Assembly: GCA_964510115.1 (NCBI GenBank)
Contig: CAZEAD010000001.1
Span: 1 to 37,035 of the forward strand
Direction of reading: 5' to 3'
Source of the DNA: an uncultured Mycoplasma sp.
GTDB taxonomy: Bacteria > Bacillota_I > Bacilli_A > RF39 > UBA660
DNA length: 37,035 nt
Part shown: in pieces, positions 23,401 through 31,582 of the stretch
How the letters are laid out: the number at the start of each line of letters is the position of its first letter
How positions within the stretch are numbered: the first letter of the stretch is position 1
Translations under genes and position numbers: made by a program
The notes under the pieces: generated by a model
Seen by the model: the letters and a program-made list of their open reading frames with translations, nothing else
Database searches by the model: none
What the model was told of the DNA's origin: nothing

Positions 23401-26400
23401 AGTAAGTTTTGTTACACTATTATCTACATAAACATCATAGAAGATCGTTGTATCTTTAAAAGTAGGATTCAAAGAACCTTCTAAAGCAAACAAATATGCC
23501 AAATCATCATTATGAGATAAATCGCGAACAACTAAAACTTCATAATATTGAACAATCCCAGACTCACTAGTAACAGTAAGACTAATTGGATTTTCTCCTG
23601 TTTTCAAATCATATGACCCATTTCCTAAAACTTTAGCCTTCGGATCATTTGGAATACCTTCAATTGCAATTCTCTTAACATCATACTGAACATCCAAAAC
23701 ATACTGTGTATCTGAAACTTTCGTAACAACACTATTTTGATCATTCTTAACTTCTTTTAAAGAATTATCATCACTTTGACCTTTAGTAACTTTAAGAGTA
23801 TAAGTTTTTTCCTCACCAAGTTCACTAGTAACCTTCAAAGTTATAGTATTCTCACCTGTTACTAAAGCATATTCACCATTTCCAGTTATATAAGCATTAG
23901 CATCAGCCAAAATACCTTCAACATTAATTTTACTAGTATCATGAGGAACAGTCACCTCATATTCAGTTGTATCCTTATCAAATTTTGGATTAAGTTCTCC
24001 AGCACTTAAAATAATATCACTTAAATCATTATTATTTGAAATATCCTTTGTAACATATAAATAATAAACTTTCTTAGCTTTATTTTGAGCAATACTAGTA
24101 ATTGTAATCTGATTAACATTAGCAATTAAATTATTATTTCCACGTATCGTATAAGTAGTAGTTTCTACCTCAGGAGTAACTTTAATATCAAGTTTATTTA
24201 CACTCTTTGGAACAGTAACATGATACTCTGTAACATCCCTATTAAACTCTTCTTCCAAAGCATAACCATTTACCTCAATATTAGCCAAATTAGGATTTCC
24301 ATCTTTTTGTTTAATAATATTCAAATTATAAGTATTAATATCATTTTCCCCATTTGTAACATTTATCTTAACTTGATTAACACCACTTAAAAGTATACTA
24401 GGTTTTACAATTTCTACATTTGCTGAACTACTTTCTGCAAGAGCAATAATATCTACATCATTTACACTACTAGGAATTTCAATTGTATAATCATTTACAA
24501 GTCTATCAAAAACAGGTTTCAAAGTATAAGAAGTTGTTCCATTTTTAACTTCTAAACTACTCAAGAATACATTAGTATCTTGTTGTTTATAAATATGGAA
24601 AATATATGTTTTTGTCTCACCATTCGGAGCAGTAATAACAACATAAGCATCATTCATTCCAAGTCCTAAATTCTTATTACCATTAATAGTAACTGTTGCC
24701 TCAGGTAGTTCAGGCGTTACTTGAAAGTCAACCATTGAATATTGACTTTCTAAATTAATAGAATACTCATAAATTAATGGTGCGAAAGTCAACTCCATCT
24801 CTGGATCAACAATCTTTATATCTAAAACATTAGTATTTCCTCTTGGATCCCTAGTAATATCATAATTATAAATAACATTAGAAACCCCATCTTCACTAAT
24901 AACTTCGACTTGGAACTTATTAAGTCCAGAAGCTAAATCAACTTTACCATCCTCGATTTCTACAAAGTTTTCTCCATCCCAAGCACGATAAATTACAGTT
25001 TGGTATTCAGTTCTTAATAAAGCAATTATTTCTACTTTACTAATTGCAAATGGAACCAATATATCATAATCAGTTGTATCCGCATCAAAAGCATACTTAC
25101 AATATTCATCACCAATACTACAAATATATGGTGTCATTTTATTAATCTTAATTGTATTAGGAGTTGGATCAGTAGAAGGTTCTCTATAAATATTTAAATT
25201 ATATACCCTTACACTACCATCAGTTGAAGTAACTGTAATAGGTAAAACAGATTCATTTGGAGGTATCTTGTGTGTACCAAGTCCTAAAACAGTAGCCATA
25301 CTGTCTTTAGGAACAGCATCAACTTTTAAAGTAGCCTCATCCTCTAACAAATAAACATCATACTCTAAAGTACCTGGATGAAAATCAACAGAAATATCTC
25401 CATCATTCAAAGTTATACTATCTAAAAAGTTATTACTACTTAATACTGTCAACAAATCAATACTTGCATATCCATTACCATTATTACCATGCCCACTAGC
25501 AAAATATTCACCATTTGGATTTGGCATTAACTCTAACTTATCTTTTTTAGTTGTCCAAGAATATCCTGCTCCATCAATCATTACAGTATCGATAAAATAT
25601 CTGCCTAAGTAATTATAAGAATCTTCAATTGTTGTATAAGTAGAAACATTAGGAGTACCATCTTCCATAACTCCAATACTTCCAGCATGACCTGAAATAT
25701 ATGAAGATCCAGATCCACCTGAAATATAAGAAGAATTACCAGCATTTAAATTATAACCACCATAGTAACCACCACCAGCTCCACTTGAACCAGCAGTAGC
25801 ATCATTACCAATTTGTCCATAACCAAAAGCATATCCTGAAGTTTGAGTAGCAATTAAATTAGAATTAGATGGCTTATAACCTTGCAAGCCTCCACCTGGA
25901 ACACCAACATAATAATAACTACCACCACTTGCTCCAGCAGATACCATAATCCTACTTCGTAAAGAAGTAACATCGTTCCAAGCGCCACCAATCAAACGAA
26001 CATCAGTAGCTCCACCACCACCAGAACCAGGTTCTGGTGATGAATCATGGTTAGAATCGTTTCCACCATTAGCTCCACCGTTATAGCCACCACGACCACC
26101 AGTAAATCTATCAATTGTAGCAGAATCTTGTCCTTTACAACCAACATTGACATATAAAGTATCTCCTTGCCTTAAAAGAATTGTTCCTTTAGTATAAGAT
26201 CCTTCTCCACCAATATATTTATATACACCATCAGTCATTCCTTTACCACCAGCAGCACCCCATAACTTAATGCTATAATATCCTGAATATGGTGCAACAA
26301 ATTCCTCTGTTTTAGCAGTACAACTATAATTTTTACTATAACTTGCATCATCAGTATGAACAATTTTAATATTATAAACAGTATCATCTACCCCATCAAC

Positions 26401-29400
26401 ATGAGAAGTTATTTTTATAATATCTCCCTCTTCAATAAATGAATTACCAACTATATCAATTTTTGCTGATTTATAATAAGGAATAGCTATAAAATCAAGC
26501 TCTAGAATATTTTTATTTATAACCAATTCATAATCAGTTTGATCTTCTTTAAAATCTAAATCTATTCCTGGAAGAGATGTTTGAAGAGATTTCAACAAAC
26601 TAGTCTTTTTTCTGTTAATATTTACAGTATAAGTCTGATTCTCAGTAGAATCCTCAGATATTACAAACAAAACCTTAGATAAATTATCTACATCAAAATC
26701 ATAAGTTCCTTCTTGTCTTACTGTTTGTCCTTCATTATGTTTTATTCCTGCAATACTTACTTTATCTAAATAATAAGGAACTTCAACATCATAAACAAAC
26801 TTAGTACTTGAAAAATCTTTTATAGGAACACCATTTACTAAAATACCCTCCAAGAATTTATAATTATTTGCTTCTCTTATAAAAGTTAATTTATATATTT
26901 TAGTATTACCAGCATCATCAGTTAAAGTTATATTATGCTCAGTTGTACCAATCGGTATTGTTAATTTACCAATTCCTGTAATCAAAGCATCTTCATTATT
27001 TGAAGTAGCCTTAATTTCTAAATCAGTATCAATATTATCTAAATTAACTGTATATTCATAAACATCTTCAGCAAAACTTGGAGATATTTCTCCTTTTGAA
27101 GTAGTAAGAGATGTCAAAACAGTATCAACAGAACCTATAAATCGAATCTTAACATAACCATTTTCACTGTTTCCAGTCATATTCTTACTAGCATCAGTAT
27201 AAGTAGGCATGGATTCATTTCCAGCTTTCATTATAATATTAGAAAAAGATTTACCACTATAATGAATACTTTGCCCTGTATGAACTATCTTAGTGCTTAC
27301 AGAACTTTCATCTATAGCATTACAACCACTACAACCTGAAACGAAACTAGAACCACCTGCTCCAGAAGTATTATAAGTTGAAGCAGCGCCACTCGAATTA
27401 GCAAATCCACCATAGTATCCGCCACCACCGCCGCCAACATCAACATTAGAATTCTTAAAAACACCATCCATACCTTTACCAAAAGCATATCCAGTTGTTT
27501 GAGTACCACCTTTTGAATATTTCGTATTTTGACCACTCAAAGTTCCACCATATCCACCAGCAAGGCCATAAGCAGAACCACCACCACCAGCCGCAACCAT
27601 AATTCTTGATTTTAAAGAGTCAAAATTATCCCAATCTCCGCCTACTAAACGAATATCAGAAGCTCCTCCGCCTGCAGCAGCAGCCTCATCATCACTATGA
27701 TCATAATCTCCACGACCACCACCATTATAGCCACCAGGAACAATCGTTGAAGCCTTAGCATCACTTCCACGACCACCTACATTAATATAAAGAATAGTTC
27801 CTTCTTCTAAATAAATATCTCCTTTTGTATAAGCACCTTTTCCACCAGCATAATTAGCAGAAGCAAGATCAGAAGTATTCTTTCCACCAGCAGCACCCCA
27901 AGCTTCTAATCTATAATATCCAGTTTTATTAACAATATACTCTTCAGTATGGCCAGTATAAGCAAAATCTACATTACTTTTAGCATATTCACGATAAACA
28001 TTAAATACATACTCATTAGTATTCCCATTATCATCTGAAATTGCTATCGTAAAACTATTATCTCCTACTCTTAAATTTAAAGAACCATTAACAGTATAAG
28101 TAATATTATCTTCTTTCAAAATTTCTGGTGTTAATTTTTTAACATTATTTGGAACCTTCAAATCATAAGACATAACATTTGGAGAATAGTTAAACTTAAC
28201 TTCTTTAAATGCAATTTCTGATAAAGTAGGCTTTTCAATAGTTGGAATAATATTATAAACACTAAGAGAGCCATCTTCATTCATCAAAACAATATAATGA
28301 GTTTCTCCTTCTTTTAAGGTTACTTCTCCATCACCTATAATTGTAACAGCCTTATCTGTTGTTACTTTTATATTTGTCGAAAAATTATCATTAGGAATTA
28401 AAACATGATATGTAAGTATGCTATCACTAACAGGTTCAACAACTTTAGCTCCTTCAACATCTAAATCAATAATAGCTGGTAAAGCTTCAATTAACGTTAT
28501 TCTAGCATGACCATTACTATCATTACCAGTCATAGTTGTTCCTGGAGTTTGGAAACTAGGCATTGAAACATTTCCGGCTAGCATAACAATGTCTGTAAAA
28601 GATTTGCCACTATAATGTATACTTTGACCTGTATGAACTATATTAGTACTTACAGAACTTTTATCTATAGCATCACAACCACTGCAACCAGAAACGAAAC
28701 TAGATCCACCTGCACCAGCAGTGCCATAAGCTGAAGCAGCACCACTTGAATTAGCATAACCACCATAGTAGCCACCACCAGCGCCACCAACATCAACATT
28801 AGAATCTTTATAAATTCCATCCATTCCTTTTCCAAAAGCATACCCAGTTGTTTGAGTTCCACCTTTTGAATATTTAGTATCCTGTCCAGCTAAAGCACCA
28901 CCATAGCCTCCACTAAGGCCATCAGAAGCACCACCGCCACCACTAGCAACCATAATTCTTGATTTCAAGGAATTGAAATTATCCCAATCACCGCTAATTA
29001 AACGAATGTCAGTAGCTCCTCCTCCTGCTCCAGCAGCTTCATCATCACCATGATCCCAATCACCACGACCTCCGCCATTATAGCCACCAGGAACAATTGT
29101 CGAAGGTTTTGCATTAGTTCCTTTACCACCAACATATATATAAAGAACTTCATCCTTTTTTAAGTAAATTCTACCTTTTGTATAAGCACCTTTTCCACCA
29201 TAATAAGTTACTCTAGTGCCAGAAACAATATTATTACCACCACCAGCACCCCAAGCTTCTATCTCATAGTATCCAGTTCTTGGTACTTTAAAAGTTTGAT
29301 AATTTCCAGAATAATTAAAGTCCTCAACCTCTGTCACATCATTATCTTTATATTCTTCGCGAATAACTTTTATTTTATATTCAGCATCATCACAATTTTC

Positions 29401-30789
29401 ATCAAAAACACGAATCGTTATTAAGTTTTCTCCAACTTCCAAATCCAAATCCCCAACTATTTCATAAGTAGTAGATGCATCTTTTTTAATAAAAGGAGCT
29501 AAACTTTTTACATTATATGGAACAGTTCCAGAATACTCATAAACAAATGGTTTAAAATCCAATTTTAAATAATCAAAATCAAGTGAATTAAAATGAGCTT
29601 TTTGAGTTTCCATATATACAGTATAAATCAAAACATCACCAGATTGAGTTGTCAAAGTAATATCAAAACTATTTCCTGAAACCAAAGCAATATTTTCATA
29701 TCCAGTAACACTAACAGGAGTACCATAAAATTCTAAATCAAATGTTCCTGTACTAGCATGATTTTTTTTCAAATAAGCAATATATTCAAAATGATTATAA
29801 TCATTAGCTCTAAAAACCATTTGGTCTTCTAAACTAATATTAGCAATAGCTTCTCCACCAGATATCTTAGTAATTCTTGCATAACCATTTCCTGCATTAC
29901 CAGTCATATTACCACTACCAGTAGTATTTGGCATTGAAGCATTACCAGCAATCATTTGCGTATCTTTAAAAACAAAATTACTATAGTGAATATTTTGTCC
30001 TGTATGTACAATATTATCACTTGTTGATTCTAAAGCTATAGCATCGCATCCACTATGTCCAGAAATAAAACTAGATCCACCAGCACCAGCAGATGTCCAA
30101 GTATTATAAGGAGAAGAATTAGCAAATCCACCATAGTATCCGCTACCACCACCAGCAACATCAACATTAGAATTTACATAAACACCATCCATACCTTTAC
30201 CAAAAGCATATCCGGTTGTTTGAGTACCACCTTTCGAATAAGTTACATCGCCACCAGTTAAAGCGCCACCATTTCCTCCATTCAAATTATAAGTAGCTCC
30301 TCCGCCACCACCAGCAACCATTACTCTAGCTTTTAATGATTTAAAATCATCCCATTTTCCACCTACAATACGAATATCAGTAGCTCCTCCGCCACCTCCT
30401 GATGCTTCATCATCAGTATGGTCATGTTCTCCACGACCACCGCCATTATAACCACCAGGAACAATTGTAGATTTTTTAGCATCAGTTCCTTTACCACCGA
30501 CATAAATATACAATTTCTGCCCTTTATGTAAAAAAGTAACACCACTTGTATAAGCACCTTTACCAGGTGTCATTGATCCAGAAGAAGAACCATCTCTTAA
30601 ATTCTTTCCGCCGCCAGCACCCCAAGCCTCTACTTTATAATAACCATCACTAGGCACAACAAATTCCTGAACAGATCCTGTATAATTAAAAGAATATTGC
30701 GATCCAGCAGCATTAACATCCAAAAAAGAAGCTAAAAAAACAACTAAAACACTAATAATATAAACAAATAAAAAACGTCTACTGCGCAT
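20407..30789 (-). CDS. Giant (3460 aa) secreted protein: signal peptide, four ALK/LTK-like glycine-rich modules interleaved with cadherin-like modules (24 in total), X-like module, dockerin
   Basis: Single uninterrupted ORF with signal peptide [27 protein letters not shown]. Modules are detailed in the sub-features. The C-terminus reads [22 protein letters not shown]...[21 protein letters not shown]. Confidence 0.9.
   Translation of the reverse strand: [3460 protein letters not shown]
20410..20598 (-). other. Dockerin of the 3460-aa protein
   Basis: [22 protein letters not shown] and [22 protein letters not shown], two near-symmetric Ca-loop plus helix segments. Confidence 0.8.
20599..20845 (-). 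other. X-like module preceding the dockerin
   Basis: [75 protein letters not shown]. Confidence 0.5.
20849..25443 (-). repeat. Array of 17 divergent cadherin-like modules
   Basis: Each is about 88-100 aa and ends in ..Y.l.v.R/K[DEQ]. Examples are [50 protein letters not shown] and [27 protein letters not shown]. Confidence 0.85.
25444..26334 (-). other. Glycine-rich module 4 (most divergent)
   Basis: [107 protein letters not shown]. Confidence 0.7.
27130..27972 (-). other. Glycine-rich module 3
   Basis: [137 protein letters not shown]. Confidence 0.75.
28480..29322 (-). other. Glycine-rich module 2
   Basis: [125 protein letters not shown]. Confidence 0.75.
29854..30696 (-). other. Glycine-rich module 1
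   Basis: [128 protein letters not shown]. Confidence 0.75.
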
Positions 30790-30833
30790 ACTACCACTAC
30801 CTTAATGCTTATTTTAGTTTCTACACTAAAAAT

Positions 30834-30842
30834 ATTATATCA
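30834..30842 (-). promoter_or_regulatory. Extended -10 element (TGATATAAT) upstream of the 3460-aa gene
   Basis: Minus strand reads TGA-TATAAT about 45 nt upstream of ATG 30789. A TTGATA hexamer nearby is spaced too closely (10 nt) to be the -35. Confidence 0.4.
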
Positions 30843-30895
30843 TATTCTTTATCAATTTAAAATTCTTTTTTGAATTTTTTATACAAAATTTAATA

Positions 30896-30925
30896 TAAAA
30901 AAAGTAACCTAAATATAAGATTACT
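30896..30925 (-). terminator. Intrinsic terminator after the 137-aa gene
   Basis: Minus strand reads AGTAATC-(9-nt loop)-GGTTACT (7 bp, one G-U) followed by T7-8. Confidence 0.6.
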
Positions 30926-30938
30926 AAATTTATAAAAT

Positions 30939-31352
30939 TTATTCTTTATCAAATCCACAACTAAGTTCTACTTTAATATCATAATCAGTCTTCCCATATT
31001 TTTCTTTTGGATAAATAATAGCACGTGTTGACATAGTATCACATTTTTCATTTGTCTTTCTATTTACAAACTCTTCTATCTTAGCTTGATTTTCTTTACT
31101 ATTATATCTACTTAAACCATCAAGAGTAACTTTAATTCCGATAGTTTTAAAAGGTTTAAGAAACTTTTCACGATCCTCTAAAGTTTCACCAGTTTGATCA
31201 TAATAATAATCCTCATAAAAATCTCTACCCATCTCTTTTAAACTTCTCTCTAGTTTCTTTTCTTGAGTATTATTTAAAATTAAAAACAAAGCCACGCCTA
31301 AAACTGCAACCACACCCACAACTATTAAAATTAAAACATTCTTCTTTTTCAT
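30939..31352 (-). CDS. 137-aa membrane-anchored protein of unknown function
   Basis: AAGGAG RBS 7 nt upstream. N-terminal anchor MKKKNVLILIVVGVVAVLGVALFLIL. The extracytoplasmic domain has two Cys residues. Confidence 0.65.
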   Translation of the reverse strand: MKKKNVLILIVVGVVAVLGVALFLILNNTQEKKLERSLKEMGRDFYEDYYYDQTGETLEDREKFLKPFKTIGIKVTLDGLSRYNSKENQAKIEEFVNRKTNEKCDTMSTRAIIYPKEKYGKTDYDIKVELSCGFDKE

Positions 31353-31427
31353 ATTTACTCCTTTATTTTTCTTATATTATCAATTACTATTCAATCATAA
31401 CATACTTTTACAATTTTTGCACTATCA

Positions 31428-31457
31428 ATTTAAAAATTAATAATTTAAAAATTAATA
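31428..31457. repeat. Perfect 15-bp tandem direct repeat in the divergent intergenic region
   Basis: ATTTAAAAATTAATA occurs twice back to back (31428-31442 and 31443-31457). Confidence 0.9.
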
Positions 31458-31545
31458 ATCTTAATCTATTATAATAAAGTAATTGTAAACCATCGACAAA
31501 AAACAATCTTTTTTTCATAAGCAAATATACTTATTAAGATATATC

Positions 31546-31554
31546 TGTTATAAT
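31546..31554 (+). promoter_or_regulatory. Extended -10 element (TGTTATAAT) upstream of the autolysin gene
   Basis: TGT-TATAAT at 31546-31554. GGAGG at 31570-31574 follows. Confidence 0.4.
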
Positions 31555-31582
31555 AAAAATATAAACAATGGAGGTATGCAGT

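Noticed and set aside
12822-25443. Highly repetitive DNA considered as a possible CRISPR array or non-coding satellite
   Set aside because: The repeats are about 260-300 bp in-frame protein modules within uninterrupted ORFs. There is no short repeat-spacer structure.
27312-30557. Short ORFs in alternative frames (27312-27536, 28665-28862, 30055-30261, 30363-30557), some with odd V/L/M-rich translations
   Set aside because: All fall inside the glycine-rich modules. Runs of GGN codons locally raise GC and remove stop codons in other frames, so these are artefacts of the composition of the 3460-aa gene.
25444-30696. Glycine-rich segments considered as collagen-like, RTX nonapeptide or PE_PGRS-like repeats
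   Set aside because: There is no G-X-Y triplet periodicity and no GGxGxDxUx nonapeptide series. The motifs are ordered, non-periodic and conserved between four 280-aa modules, which fits a folded domain.
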